Source of the DNA: Acidimicrobiia bacterium
Lineage (GTDB): Bacteria; Actinomycetota; Acidimicrobiia; Acidimicrobiales; AC-14
Reading direction: 5' to 3'
Assembly: GCA_023265025.1 (NCBI GenBank)
Contig: JAHFUP010000016.1
Span: forward strand, 4,754-68,753
Length of the DNA stretch: 64,000 nucleotides
The notes beneath the pieces are model-generated. The model saw nothing but the letters and a program-made list of their open reading frames with translations, made no database searches and was not told the DNA's origin. Positions 37,844 through 47,960 of this stretch are shown in pieces (within the stretch, counting starts at the first letter, position 1; every line of letters begins with the position of its first letter). Made by a program: the position numbers and the translations under genes.

Positions 37844-40324
37844 GTGAAGCATGCCGTCGGACAGGTGCGCCGGCGGCGCGTGATCATCGGTGTGCTTGCC
37901 CTGGCCGCGGCGTACTACGGGGCGGGCCGCCTGGGGTTCCTGGTCGCCATCAAAGGCAACGTCTCGCCCTTCTGGGCCCCCGCCGGAATCGCCCTGGCCT
38001 GCGTCCTCATCTGGGGCAGCCGACTGTGGCCCGGTGTAGCTCTCGGGAGTTTCCTCGTGAACACGCCCGAGTACTACACAGGAGCCAGCGCCGGTTCGAT
38101 CATGCGGTCCGTCCTCGCTGGCGCGCTCATCGCCGCGGCCGCCACGGGGGAGGCCCTCCTCGGAGCGTGGCTCGTCCGACGCTTCGGCCGCGGCACGCAC
38201 TGCCTTCAGCGGGCCCGAGACGTCGGCGTGCTCGTTCTGCTGGGTGGCGCGCTCGCATGCCTGGTCAGCTCAACTGTCGGATCGACGAGCGTGTCGGCGT
38301 TCGGTTTCGCCGACTGGCACGACTACCCGGAGACCTGGCTCACGTGGTGGTCAGGCGATGTGCTGGGCATCATCCTCGCCGCGCCCGTCATCCTGGCGTG
38401 GCGGCAGCGCCGGCAGAGAGTCGCTCCGGCGCGTTCGATCGAGGTCGTGGCCGTCCTTGCGGTGACCCTCGGCGTGGCGGAGTTGGTTTTCGGCCTCGAC
38501 CTTCCCATCATGTACCTACTTGTCCCGCTGGTCGGGTGGGCGGCCTTCCGCCTCGGGACGAGCGGCGTATCCGCCCTCATCGTCGTCATCTGCACGGTGG
38601 CGGCCCAACGCACGGTGAATGATCTCGGGCCCTTTGCCTCCAGCCACCAGAATTCCTCGCTGATCCAGCTTGGCGGATTCATCGCCATCCTCGGAATGAC
38701 GGCGTTGCTGGCCAGTGCGGTCGTGGAGGAGCGGCTCAGGCTCAAGCACGAATCGCAGACTCACGAGGAGGCGACCCGAGCCAAGAGCGTGTTCCTGGCA
38801 ACGATGAGCCACGAGATCCGCACTCCGATGATCGGCGTCATTGGAATGATGGAGGTGCTGGCCGAGACCGAGCTCACCGAGGAGCAGAGCAGCATGGTCT
38901 CGACCGCGCTGGGTTCGGCGCAGGTGCTCCTCCAGATCATCGGCGACGTCCTCGACTTCTCCAAGATCGAGGCCGACAAGCTCGATCTGGCGCCTGCCCC
39001 GTTCATGGTCCACCCGCTGGCCGAGGCAACGGTGGAGACGTTCCTCCACACTGCATCCGCCAAGGGCCTCTCGATCAGCTGCACCGTCGATGACGCTGTT
39101 GCGCCGGCCCACACCGGGGACGCGCTGCGCATTCGCCAAATCCTGAGCAACTTCATCTCCAACGCCGTCAAGTTCACGACCTCCGGTGCCGTCGTCCTGG
39201 CCGCTCGGGTTCTCTCGGACGACGGCGCGACGCAACGGGTGCAGTTCTCCGTGGCCGACACGGGCATCGGCGTGGAACCGGAGAAGCAGCGGGACCTCTT
39301 CAAGGAGTTCGCCCAAGCGGATGCGACAACCGCCAAGCGTTCGGGAGGAACGGGGCTCGGACTGGCGATCTCCCGACGGCTGGCCCTGTTGATGGGCGGG
39401 GACGTAAGGATGGAGAGCACGCCCAACGTGGGGACGACCCTGTATCTCACCGTCCCCCTCCGGATCGCCGATCCCCTCGACGTCGAGGCGGGTGCGATGG
39501 CAGTCCTCGGGACGGGCGCGCTCGTTCCGAAACGGAGACGGCCATCGCGAGATGCGGCGGAGCGCGAGGGCAGCGTCGTGCTCCTCGTCGACGACCACCC
39601 GATTAACCGGCGAGTGCTCGTCCACCAGCTGGGAATCATGGGATTCCAGGTGGACGCCGCCGAGGACGGGCACAGGGCACTCGAACTCTTCGTCAGCGGA
39701 CGCTACGGCGTCGTGATCACCGACCTCAACATGCCGATGATGGACGGGTTCGAGCTGGCTGGCGCCATCCGCCGCCACGAGGCAGACACCGGTGTGCCAC
39801 GCGCTCCGGTCATCGCCATCAGTGCCACCGTGACGCAGGAGGAGGCCGAGAAGTGCACGGCCGCAGGCATGGACGACTTCCTGGGCAAGCCGGCGCCCAT
39901 GGCCGCGCTCGCCGACAAGCTGCGTCGGTGGTTGCCGCACATCGAATGGCTCCCGGCCGAGGAGAGTGAGGGCGACTCGGACGGCGGCATGGATCCGGCC
40001 GCACTCGACGAGCTCACGGGCGGCGATCGGGAGCTGGCGGCCGACATCCTCAGGGACTACGCCGATTCACTCCCCACCGACCTCGTCGCGATCAGTCGCG
40101 CGCTGACGGACGGGAACGCCCCGGAACTCCATCGCACGGCCCACAGGATGAAGGGCGCCGGCCGCACGGTCGGCGCCCGCGAATTGGCCATGCTCGCTGC
40201 CCGTCTGGAGGTCACCACGTCGATCCCCGTAGAGGACTGGGACGTCGTGCGCGTCATTGCGAGCGAGCTCAAGGACGCGGCCACCCGGTTCGTGGGGATG
40301 AGCGCCGCTGCCCCTCCTCGCTGA
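37844..40324 (+). CDS. Hybrid sensor histidine kinase (MASE1-like membrane sensor, HisKA, HATPase, REC, HPt)
   Basis: H-box MSHEIRTPM, G2 box GGTGLGLAISRRL, REC (LLVDDHPINRRVL..DLNMPMMDG), HPt (LHRTAHRMKGAG). The start is uncertain (GTG 37844). Confidence 0.85.
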   Translation: MKHAVGQVRRRRVIIGVLALAAAYYGAGRLGFLVAIKGNVSPFWAPAGIALACVLIWGSRLWPGVALGSFLVNTPEYYTGASAGSIMRSVLAGALIAAAATGEALLGAWLVRRFGRGTHCLQRARDVGVLVLLGGALACLVSSTVGSTSVSAFGFADWHDYPETWLTWWSGDVLGIILAAPVILAWRQRRQRVAPARSIEVVAVLAVTLGVAELVFGLDLPIMYLLVPLVGWAAFRLGTSGVSALIVVICTVAAQRTVNDLGPFASSHQNSSLIQLGGFIAILGMTALLASAVVEERLRLKHESQTHEEATRAKSVFLATMSHEIRTPMIGVIGMMEVLAETELTEEQSSMVSTALGSAQVLLQIIGDVLDFSKIEADKLDLAPAPFMVHPLAEATVETFLHTASAKGLSISCTVDDAVAPAHTGDALRIRQILSNFISNAVKFTTSGAVVLAARVLSDDGATQRVQFSVADTGIGVEPEKQRDLFKEFAQADATTAKRSGGTGLGLAISRRLALLMGGDVRMESTPNVGTTLYLTVPLRIADPLDVEAGAMAVLGTGALVPKRRRPSRDAAEREGSVVLLVDDHPINRRVLVHQLGIMGFQVDAAEDGHRALELFVSGRYGVVITDLNMPMMDGFELAGAIRRHEADTGVPRAPVIAISATVTQEEAEKCTAAGMDDFLGKPAPMAALADKLRRWLPHIEWLPAEESEGDSDGGMDPAALDELTGGDRELAADILRDYADSLPTDLVAISRALTDGNAPELHRTAHRMKGAGRTVGARELAMLAARLEVTTSIPVEDWDVVRVIASELKDAATRFVGMSAAAPPR

Positions 40325-40466
40325 CGGACGCAGAGCACGTCCGTCGATCCTGGAGTCAGGCCACGCCCGGCGCATGACCCGAACGACTCAAGCGAACGCC
40401 CACAACCTCGTGTGGGCGTCGCTGAGGTCGGCGCCGTGCACGGGCCGCCTCTAGCGCGTTCGACGC

Positions 40467-40859
40467 CTATCCGGGCGAGGACACGCGAAAACCGAGCTGC
40501 CGCGCCGCGTCCGCCAGAAGATCGTCGTAGATCACGAGCTCGCTGAGGTCGTCGCGCAGGCGCTCGGCGGTCGCGAGGTGGATCGCGTCCAGTGATCGCA
40601 GCTCGGGGGGACCCATGGTGCCGGCGAGGTTGAGAACCCGGTCATTGACACGGACAAGGTCACAACGGGCCAGCACAGCCCGACCGGCGGCGAGCGCTGT
40701 CTCACCGCCACCGAGGAGCGACCGGAGCACCTCAGCGCGCGCCAGCGCGCTCGACACCCACGGCCGGCGGCGATGGAGGTGCCTCCGAAGAGCGTCCGAC
40801 TCCGGTTCTCGGACGGCGAGCTTTACGATGGCCGAAGAGTCGAGGTAGAGCGCCGCCAA
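40467..40859 (-). CDS. vapC: PIN-domain toxin
   Basis: LYLDSSAIVKL..SSALARAEV..LRSLDAIHLATA pattern. Starts immediately after the antitoxin stop. Confidence 0.8.
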   Translation of the reverse strand: MAALYLDSSAIVKLAVREPESDALRRHLHRRRPWVSSALARAEVLRSLLGGGETALAAGRAVLARCDLVRVNDRVLNLAGTMGPPELRSLDAIHLATAERLRDDLSELVIYDDLLADAARQLGFRVSSPG

Positions 40860-41135
40860 TCAGCGCTCGTTCCGGCGCAGACGCCCGAGAGCCGTGGACG
40901 GGAGCTCGATCCCAGCTCCGAATTCGAGCGGCTCGGGCAGGGTGTCGACATCATCGGTGGCTCGGTCGATTTCGCCCGCCGCCCGCATCTGCTCGAGCGC
41001 GCCTCCGGCCGGAAGCGGAGTGAGAAGTGCGACCGGGCGGCCTCGGTCGGTGATCTCGATCGTGTGACCCTGCGCGACGAGCCCCAGCAGCTCGCTCGCC
41101 CGCTGGCGCAATGCCCTGACTCCGACGGACGTCAT
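40860..41135 (-). CDS. Phd/YefM-type antitoxin
   Basis: VGVRALRQRASELLGLVAQGHTIEITDRGRPVALLTPL is typical of prevent-host-death antitoxins. Confidence 0.75.
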   Translation of the reverse strand: MTSVGVRALRQRASELLGLVAQGHTIEITDRGRPVALLTPLPAGGALEQMRAAGEIDRATDDVDTLPEPLEFGAGIELPSTALGRLRRNER

Positions 41136-41260
41136 AAGCTACTTGTAGCACATCCCGGCCCCGCTGTTCGCTCCGAGGTCGCCTTCGCCAGCCAGCGCCG
41201 GGCCGTCGCCGGCGGAGGCGCGACTGTCTCGCGCCCGCGATAGGCCAGAGTGGTGGGGGC

Positions 41261-41938
41261 ATGGGCGTCGCCATCACCCTCCGGGGGCTCACTCACACCT
41301 ATCGCACGGCCGAGGGCCCCCTCACCGTCCTCGGCGGGCTCGACCTCGACGTGGCCGACGGCGGCTACGCGGCCATCACCGGGCCGTCGGGCGCCGGCAA
41401 GACCACCCTCCTCTCCCTCCTCGGTGGCCTGGAGGCTCCCCAGGTCGGGCGGCTGGAGGTCGGCGGCCAGGACCTCACGGGGCTCAGCGGCGACGAGCTG
41501 GCCGCCTACCGGCGGGCCACCGTGGGGTTCGTCTTCCAGCACTTCGGGCTCCTGGAGACGCTCACCGCCGCCCAGAACGTCGAGCTGGCCGGCACGCTCA
41601 ACGGCACCAGTCCGGCCGAGCGCCGGGCCCGGGCCCGCGAGCTGCTCGACGCCGTCGGCCTGTCCGAGCGGGCCGGTCACCGCCCGTCTCGGCTTTCGGG
41701 CGGGGAGCGCCAGCGGGTGGCCATCGCCCGCGCCCTGGTCAACGAGCCCCGGCTGCTGCTGGCCGACGAGCCCACCGGGAACCTCGACGACGACGCCTCG
41801 CTCATGGTGATCGAGCTCCTGGAGAAAGTGCGGGCCGACCACGGGTGCACCATGGTCGTGGTCACCCACAACCGCCAGCTCGCCACCCGGGCCGACATGC
41901 GCATCCCCCTCGATCGCGGGCATCGCGTGCCCGCATGA
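41261..41938 (+). CDS. ABC transporter ATP-binding protein (MacB/LolD/FtsE-like)
   Basis: GPSGAGKTTLL, LSGGERQRVAIARAL, LLLADEPTGNLD. Confidence 0.9.
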   Translation: MGVAITLRGLTHTYRTAEGPLTVLGGLDLDVADGGYAAITGPSGAGKTTLLSLLGGLEAPQVGRLEVGGQDLTGLSGDELAAYRRATVGFVFQHFGLLETLTAAQNVELAGTLNGTSPAERRARARELLDAVGLSERAGHRPSRLSGGERQRVAIARALVNEPRLLLADEPTGNLDDDASLMVIELLEKVRADHGCTMVVVTHNRQLATRADMRIPLDRGHRVPA

Positions 41939-43356
41939 GATGGCGGGACGCCGCCGCGCTGGCGGCCACCAGCATCCGGCGGCGGTTTGGGCGATCGGTG
42001 CTGACCGTGGCCGCGGTCGCCCTGGCCGCCACCCTCCTCACCGCCCTGGTCACCATCGCCGGCACGGCCCGCACCAAGGTGCTCTCGGAGCTGTCCAAGG
42101 GCGGCCCGCTCTCGGGCATCAACGTCGCCGCCGCCGAGGCGGACCCCAGCCAGGTCGACACCGACGACCCCCGGCCCGGCCCGCCCAAGGATCTCGACGA
42201 CAGGATCCGGGCCAAGATCACCGCCATGCCCGACGTGAAGTCGGTGCTGCCCATCGTCGCCGCTGTGGTCAACGTGATCGTGCCCGAGCCGCCGGCCAAC
42301 GCGGCGGTCCTGGCCCGGCAACCCGCCCTTCCCTCGACGCTGCCGCCGACCACGGCCCCGGCGCGTGAGACCCCACCGCCCACCGCGCCCCGGCCGACGG
42401 TGCCCGGCCTGACGACACCCGACCCGTTCCCCGAGACGATGGTCGGCATCGATCTCGAGCGGGCGTCGCTCATGCCCATCACCATCCTCAGCGGACGGCT
42501 CCCGGTGCCGAAGTCGCTCACCGAGGTCGCGGTGACCCAGGGCTACCTGACCCGGATGGGGCTGACGAAGAAGCAGGCCGCCGCCGTCGTCGGTACCGAG
42601 GTCCAGCTCGGCGCGCCACGGGTGTTCACCGACTCGGGCGTCCCCCGGCGGTTCCGCAGCCGCTGGGTGCGCCTGACCATCGTCGGCGTCGTGGCCCAGG
42701 AGACGGCGCCCGGCCAGTTCGTCGTCTCCCTGGAGCAGTCCCGCGCCGCCCGGAACTGGACGGCGGCCGGCAGCGACGCCGAGGGACGCGTCCAGATACC
42801 GACGTCGCCGTACAGCGGGCTGTTCGTCATCGCCAACGACCTGGAGAAGGTGAACCAGGTCCGGCGCGACATCACCGAGCTCGGGTACTCCACCAGCGCG
42901 CCGGAGAACCTGGTGGCCTCGGTCCAGCGGTACCTGCGGGTGGTCGAGATCGTGCTGGGGGCGATCGGCGCCATCGCCCTGGTCATCGCCTCGCTCGGCA
43001 TCGCCAACGCCTTGCTGGCCGCCGTCCGCGAGCGCCGGCGGGAGATCGGGGTGCTCAAGGCCATCGGCGCCCGGGACCGCGACGTGCAACGGGTCTTCCT
43101 GTTCGAGGCCGGCGTGCTGGGCCTGGTGGGAGGCGTCGCCGGCGCCGCCATGGGCTTCGGCACCGCCCTGGGCGTGAGCGCGGTCGTGAACCAGTACCTC
43201 GCGGCCCAGGGCCTCAGGGGTGTGCACCTCGGGCTCCCGGTCCTCGTGCTGCTCGGCGCCGTCTTCGGCTCCACCCTCCTTGCCCTCGGTGCCGGGACCC
43301 TGCCCGCCCGCCGGGCGGCGCGGATGCCGGCCCGTGAGGCCATGGAGGCGGCGTGA
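41935..43356 (+). CDS. FtsX-like ABC transporter permease
   Basis: ATGA overlap with the ATPase gene. N-terminal TM, large extracytoplasmic region, C-terminal FtsX-type TM bundle (..RRREIGVLKAIGARDRDV..). Confidence 0.8.
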   Translation: MRWRDAAALAATSIRRRFGRSVLTVAAVALAATLLTALVTIAGTARTKVLSELSKGGPLSGINVAAAEADPSQVDTDDPRPGPPKDLDDRIRAKITAMPDVKSVLPIVAAVVNVIVPEPPANAAVLARQPALPSTLPPTTAPARETPPPTAPRPTVPGLTTPDPFPETMVGIDLERASLMPITILSGRLPVPKSLTEVAVTQGYLTRMGLTKKQAAAVVGTEVQLGAPRVFTDSGVPRRFRSRWVRLTIVGVVAQETAPGQFVVSLEQSRAARNWTAAGSDAEGRVQIPTSPYSGLFVIANDLEKVNQVRRDITELGYSTSAPENLVASVQRYLRVVEIVLGAIGAIALVIASLGIANALLAAVRERRREIGVLKAIGARDRDVQRVFLFEAGVLGLVGGVAGAAMGFGTALGVSAVVNQYLAAQGLRGVHLGLPVLVLLGAVFGSTLLALGAGTLPARRAARMPAREAMEAA

Positions 43357-44087
43357 GGCGCCTGACCTGCGCGGCCCGGCTGGTCGTCATGGCGCTGCTT
43401 GTCGGCGCATGCTCGTTCTCGCGACCCGATGTCCTGCCGCCGCCGGCCGACACCGGGCCGGCGCCCGTCTACGTCGCCATCGGGGCCAGCGAGACCACCG
43501 GCACGGGCAGCGACCAGCCGCTGCGTGACGGGTGGCCCCGCGTCCTGCACCGCATCGCCATGCCGCCCGGCTCCGTCATGATCAACATGGGCGTCCCCGG
43601 CACCACCGTCGCCCAGGCCATCGCCGAGCAGCTCGACGCCACCCTGTCGGCCCGGCCGAACCTGGTCACCGTCTGGCTCAACGTCAACGACATCACCCGT
43701 GGCGTCCCTGTGGCCGAGTACGAGGCCCAGCTCGAACGGCTGGTCCGGTCGGTGAGGGGTCGCGTGACCACCCGCGTGCTCGTGGCGAACACGCCTCCCC
43801 TCGACCACCTCCCGGCCTACCAGGCGGGCCGGCTCCTCGGGCTGCCCGGTCCCGACGTGGTCAACCAGACCGTCGCCGACTACAACGCCGCCATCGCCCG
43901 GGTCGTCCAGCGCACCGGGGCGCTCCTCGTCGACCTCAACGCCGCGGGGATGGCCGCCCGGGCCGCGGGCACCGAGGCCTCCCTGATCAGCCGGGACGGC
44001 TTCCACCCGAACACCGCCGGCCACGCCGCAATCGCCGAAGCGTTCGCCAAGGTGCTGCGCGAGTCCGGGCCGCTCGCCAGCGGCTGA
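43353..44087 (+). CDS. SGNH/GDSL hydrolase lipoprotein
   Basis: Lipobox LLVGAC. Block I AIGASETTG, block V DGFHPN. GTGA overlap with the upstream gene. Confidence 0.75.
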   Translation: MRRLTCAARLVVMALLVGACSFSRPDVLPPPADTGPAPVYVAIGASETTGTGSDQPLRDGWPRVLHRIAMPPGSVMINMGVPGTTVAQAIAEQLDATLSARPNLVTVWLNVNDITRGVPVAEYEAQLERLVRSVRGRVTTRVLVANTPPLDHLPAYQAGRLLGLPGPDVVNQTVADYNAAIARVVQRTGALLVDLNAAGMAARAAGTEASLISRDGFHPNTAGHAAIAEAFAKVLRESGPLASG

Positions 44088-44089
44088 CG

Positions 44090-45013
44090 TTGAGCGCACT
44101 CGACCTGAGCCGTCGAGGAGTGCTCGTCGGCACCTGCTCCTGGACCGACGCCACCCTGGTCAAGGAGACGGACTGGTACCCGAAGAAGACGATGACCGCG
44201 GCGGAGCGGCTGGCGACCTACGCCAGCCGGTTCCCGATCGTCGAGGTCGACAGCACGTACTACTTCCCGCCGACGCCGGAGCTGGCCCAGATGTGGGCCG
44301 ACCGCACGCCGCCCGGCTTCACCATGAACATCAAGGCGTGGTCGCTGCTCACCGGGCATCCGACGTTCCCGAACTCGCTCTGGGAGGACATGCTCCCGGC
44401 GGTCCCCCCGGAGCACCGGGACAAACGCCGGCTCTACCCGCACTACCTGCCGCCCGACGCCCTCGACGAGGCCTTCGACCGGTTCCGCCACGCGCTCATG
44501 CCGCTGCACCGGGCCGGCCGGCTCGGGGCCGTCCTGCTCCAGTACCCGCGGTGGTTCGGGCCGAAGGCCGAGAACCGCCAGCTGCTGCGCGACACCGTCG
44601 CCCGCCTGCCCGACCTGCGGCTCTGCGTCGAGTTCCGCCACGCCCGCTGGCTCGAAGGGGGCGACTGCGAGTCGACGCTGGAGCTGCTCGAGGAGCTCGG
44701 CGTGAGCTTCGTGTGCGTGGACGAGCCGGCGGGCTTCCCGTCCTCCATGCCGCCGGTCGTGGCCGTCACGTCCGACCTGGCCGTCGTCCGCTTCCACGGC
44801 CGCAATACCGCCACCTGGGAGGACCCCGAGATCACGACCGCGGCCGAGCGGTTCCGGTACCGGTACACGTCGGAGGAGCTGCAGGAGTGGGTGCCCCGGG
44901 TGCGCGAGCTGGTCGCATCGGCGCGGGAGGTGCACGTCCTGATGAACAACTGCTACCGGGACGACGCGGTGATCAACGCCGCCGAGCTGGCCGACCTCCT
45001 GGCCGGCGACTGA
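44090..45013 (+). CDS. DUF72 (YecE/UPF0759) family protein
   Basis: ..VLVGTCSWTD..YPKK..ERLATYASRFPIVEVDSTYY.. The start is uncertain (TTG 44090 or GTG 44120). Confidence 0.7.
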   Translation: MSALDLSRRGVLVGTCSWTDATLVKETDWYPKKTMTAAERLATYASRFPIVEVDSTYYFPPTPELAQMWADRTPPGFTMNIKAWSLLTGHPTFPNSLWEDMLPAVPPEHRDKRRLYPHYLPPDALDEAFDRFRHALMPLHRAGRLGAVLLQYPRWFGPKAENRQLLRDTVARLPDLRLCVEFRHARWLEGGDCESTLELLEELGVSFVCVDEPAGFPSSMPPVVAVTSDLAVVRFHGRNTATWEDPEITTAAERFRYRYTSEELQEWVPRVRELVASAREVHVLMNNCYRDDAVINAAELADLLAGD

Positions 45014-45104
45014 ATCCGGGGCCCGCGGGCCGCGATCCGCTATTTTCTCGCCGGGACGGGGCGGGACCGTGGAGTTCGGGAGGGCACATCATGGAGGGGC
45101 TGCA

Positions 45105-46778
45105 GTGAGGCGTAGGGACCGACGACCGGTGTGGCGCGCCCTCGGTGTGATCGCCGTGCTGGCCGCGATGGTCGTGCCGATCCACGGCCCGGCGGCCGGC
45201 GCCCAGACAGCCGTCGGCGGGCCGGTCATCCTCGGCGGTGACGACCTCACCGCCCACGGCTCCTTCAACACCTCGACGAACGTCAACGTGGCCGGCTGGC
45301 TGTACATCCAGAAGTCGCTGGAGAACATCAAGGCGCGCGTCACCCGGCAGAACGACAACAGCGTCGCCGCCCTCGGCTCGGCCGCGTCAACGGCCACCTC
45401 CGGCAACGCCGGCGCCGCCGTCGGTCGAGCGGCGGCCGCCGCGGGACTGACCGTCACCTACTACAACGGCGGAGCGTCGATCCTGCAGTTCTTCACCGAC
45501 CTGCGCGGCGGCCTCGCCCGCCCGTCGATCATCTGGATCGCGGGGACCGACGCCAGCAATGACCTCGCCGACTCTTCGGGCGCCGAGGCCCAGGCGCTGA
45601 TCGACAACGCCACCACGCTGGCCGACTTCGTCAACAGCGGCGGGGGCCTGATGTCGCACGGCACCGAGTACCGCTGGCTCTCCGGCCTCCTGCCGGGGGC
45701 CACGAAGGTCAACTCGGGCGGGACCAACGACCTCGAGCTCACCCCCGAGGGCCAGGCCGCGTTCCCGGGCCTGACCAACGCCGACGTCAACGCCGGCCCG
45801 TGGCACAACCACTTCGCCGGCAACCTCGGCGGGCTGGCCGTGCTCGTCCGGTCGAACACCCTGCGGGATGCGGCGGGGAACCTGGCCGCGGTGGTCATCG
45901 GGGGCGCCGCCGTCCAGTTGCCGGGCAGCATCGTGCTCGACCCGGCGACGGCCACGAACCTGCCGGGCACGACCCATACGGTGACCGCCACCGTGCGGGG
46001 GGACACCGGGGCCGTCGCCTCCGGCGTGACGGTGACGTTCACGGTGACGGCCGGGCCCAACGCAGGCCGGACGGGCTCGGCGGTGACCAACGCCGCCGGC
46101 CAGGCCGCCTTCACCTACACGGGCTCCGGCGGGACGGGGGTCGACTCCATCTCGGCCTCCTTCACCAACGCGGCGGGAATGGTCCGTACGGCCACGGCGT
46201 CGAAGACGTGGTCGGCGTCCGCCACCACGACCACATCCACCACCGTCGTGAGCACCACCACGACGACCGTCGCGGCGCGGACCGGGATCTGCAACGCCGG
46301 TGATGGCGGCGCCGGCGGGACCGGTACCGGCCTGGGCGGTAACGCGGCTGCCGACGGCGGCAGCGGCGCCGGCGGGACCGCGTCCGGTGGGTCCGGCAGC
46401 GGCACCGGTGGGGCCGGCGGGGCCGGCGGCGGTGCGTGCAACGTGATCGTCCCGCCACCGCCGGGCCCCCCGCCCCCGATCGTCCCCCTGGGGCTCCCTG
46501 TCCCGACCACGCTGGTGCCGGCGCCGGCCCCGATCGTGACGGCCGGCCTCCTCGCCCGGACCGGTGCCGAGCTCAAGCGGTCGGCGACGCTGGCCCTGTA
46601 CGTCGGGATGCTCGGGCTCCTGCTCTACGCCGCCTCGTATCTCCGGACCCACGTGGCGCCGGCCCGCCCGCCGCTCCCCCCGTCGAGGGGGACGTCACGC
46701 CGAACGGGTGGACCGCTCGACGGCCCCGCCCTCGACGCCCTGGACGACCTGGACCGCGCCGGCGGCGACTCGGGCTGA
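45105..46778 (+). CDS. Secreted surface protein with Ig-like domain, Gly-rich tract and LAxTG-type sorting motif
   Basis: GTG 45105 after GGAGGGG. Signal peptide ..VLAAMVVPIHGPAAGAQT. Big-like ..TTHTVTATVRGD..VTVTFTVTAGPNAG.. LLARTG followed by a hydrophobic stretch. Confidence 0.7.
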   Translation: MRRRDRRPVWRALGVIAVLAAMVVPIHGPAAGAQTAVGGPVILGGDDLTAHGSFNTSTNVNVAGWLYIQKSLENIKARVTRQNDNSVAALGSAASTATSGNAGAAVGRAAAAAGLTVTYYNGGASILQFFTDLRGGLARPSIIWIAGTDASNDLADSSGAEAQALIDNATTLADFVNSGGGLMSHGTEYRWLSGLLPGATKVNSGGTNDLELTPEGQAAFPGLTNADVNAGPWHNHFAGNLGGLAVLVRSNTLRDAAGNLAAVVIGGAAVQLPGSIVLDPATATNLPGTTHTVTATVRGDTGAVASGVTVTFTVTAGPNAGRTGSAVTNAAGQAAFTYTGSGGTGVDSISASFTNAAGMVRTATASKTWSASATTTTSTTVVSTTTTTVAARTGICNAGDGGAGGTGTGLGGNAAADGGSGAGGTASGGSGSGTGGAGGAGGGACNVIVPPPPGPPPPIVPLGLPVPTTLVPAPAPIVTAGLLARTGAELKRSATLALYVGMLGLLLYAASYLRTHVAPARPPLPPSRGTSRRTGGPLDGPALDALDDLDRAGGDSG

Positions 46779-46786
46779 GGGCGGCT

Positions 46787-47668
46787 TCAGGCCGCGGCGA
46801 GGGCGGTCGACGCCTGCTGGCGGGTGCGGGCGAGGAAGGGGCCGGCGCCGATGGTGCGGTGGACCTCCTCGGCCCGGCGGAAGCAGTCGGTCGCTTTGGT
46901 CCATCGGCCGAGGGCGGCGTTGACCAGCCCGGAGTACCGGTCGGCCGAGCCCTTGCACAGGACGCCGTCGCCGACGACGACCAGGCTGCCGGCCGGCGCC
47001 CGCAGGTGGCGGCCGGCGGCCGCGACCCGACTTCCGTCGCCGAGCAACGCGGCGGCGTCCACCAGGTTGGTCATAAGGTCGAGCCCGCCGGCGCCGGCCA
47101 CCAGCGGGAGCGCCGAGTCGAAGGCACGGACGGCCTCGTCGGCCTTGCCCATGGCCGCAAGGAGCAGGGTCAGGTTGCCCCACCAGTCGAGATCGTCGAA
47201 GCGGTAGGCCCGCTCGCGGCAGTGGTCGAGGACGTCGAAGCGCTGGGCCTCGCCACCCCACTCGAAGGCGGCCCAGAACCGCTGGGTCCAGGCCCGGTCA
47301 CGGGCCTCGGCGTCGCCGGCGCCGCCCAGGTCCGCCAGCTCGCGGATGCCCGCGGCGGCCGCCGCGCTGCGGCCGGCCAGCAGGTCGCGCATGGTGTTCC
47401 ACGTCAGCCGGTCGCGCCGGTCGGACGTCCTCGCGATCCGCGCGTCGACCTCGTCGAGCTGCCCGGACTCGAGGAGCTCGGCCACGGACGCCGGCGGCCC
47501 CGGGCGCGCCGTATGGCGCCGGCGGGCACGAGGTGCAGGTGTCGGGGCCGGTGCCGGGGTGGGAGCCGGCACCGGCGCTGACCGCACAGCGACACGACGG
47601 GGGCGGGCGACGTCTGACTTGCCGGCGGCGGCGGCAAGCTGCGCGTCCATCCGATCGAGGTCGATCAC
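46787..47668 (-). CDS. Hypothetical protein with Pro/Ala/Thr-rich linker and helical repeat C-terminal part
   Basis: High GC3 ORF with a PAPTPAPAPTPAP tract. No catalytic motif recognised. Confidence 0.5.
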   Translation of the reverse strand: MIDLDRMDAQLAAAAGKSDVARPRRVAVRSAPVPAPTPAPAPTPAPRARRRHTARPGPPASVAELLESGQLDEVDARIARTSDRRDRLTWNTMRDLLAGRSAAAAAGIRELADLGGAGDAEARDRAWTQRFWAAFEWGGEAQRFDVLDHCRERAYRFDDLDWWGNLTLLLAAMGKADEAVRAFDSALPLVAGAGGLDLMTNLVDAAALLGDGSRVAAAGRHLRAPAGSLVVVGDGVLCKGSADRYSGLVNAALGRWTKATDCFRRAEEVHRTIGAGPFLARTRQQASTALAAA

Positions 47669-47753
47669 GGGCGGGCCCTCCCCTTCCGAGTCCGTGCGGT
47701 CAGGAGAGGTATCGACGCCGGCGGCGACCGGCTTGAGGATTACTCCTCGGGGT

Positions 47754-47960
47754 TCAGGCCGTCGGCTCGGCCATGGCGAGCGCCTGCTCGGCGGAGAGGT
47801 CCATGGCGTGGACCTCCTTGGCGTGAGCCTGCGCGCCCCGGACGAGCTCGTCGTCGGTGTCCCCGCGAATCACGACGCCGCAGTCGCACGGAACGTCGGG
47901 TGCTTCGCCTGGGCACTGCGCTCGGCGCCATGCTGATGCTGACCGTCGCCGTGCCCGCAC
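47754..47960 (-). CDS. DUF1059-like small protein
   Basis: ..VPCDCGVVIRGDTDDELVRGAQAHAKEVHAMDL.. The start is uncertain. Confidence 0.55.
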   Translation of the reverse strand: MRARRRSASAWRRAQCPGEAPDVPCDCGVVIRGDTDDELVRGAQAHAKEVHAMDLSAEQALAMAEPTA

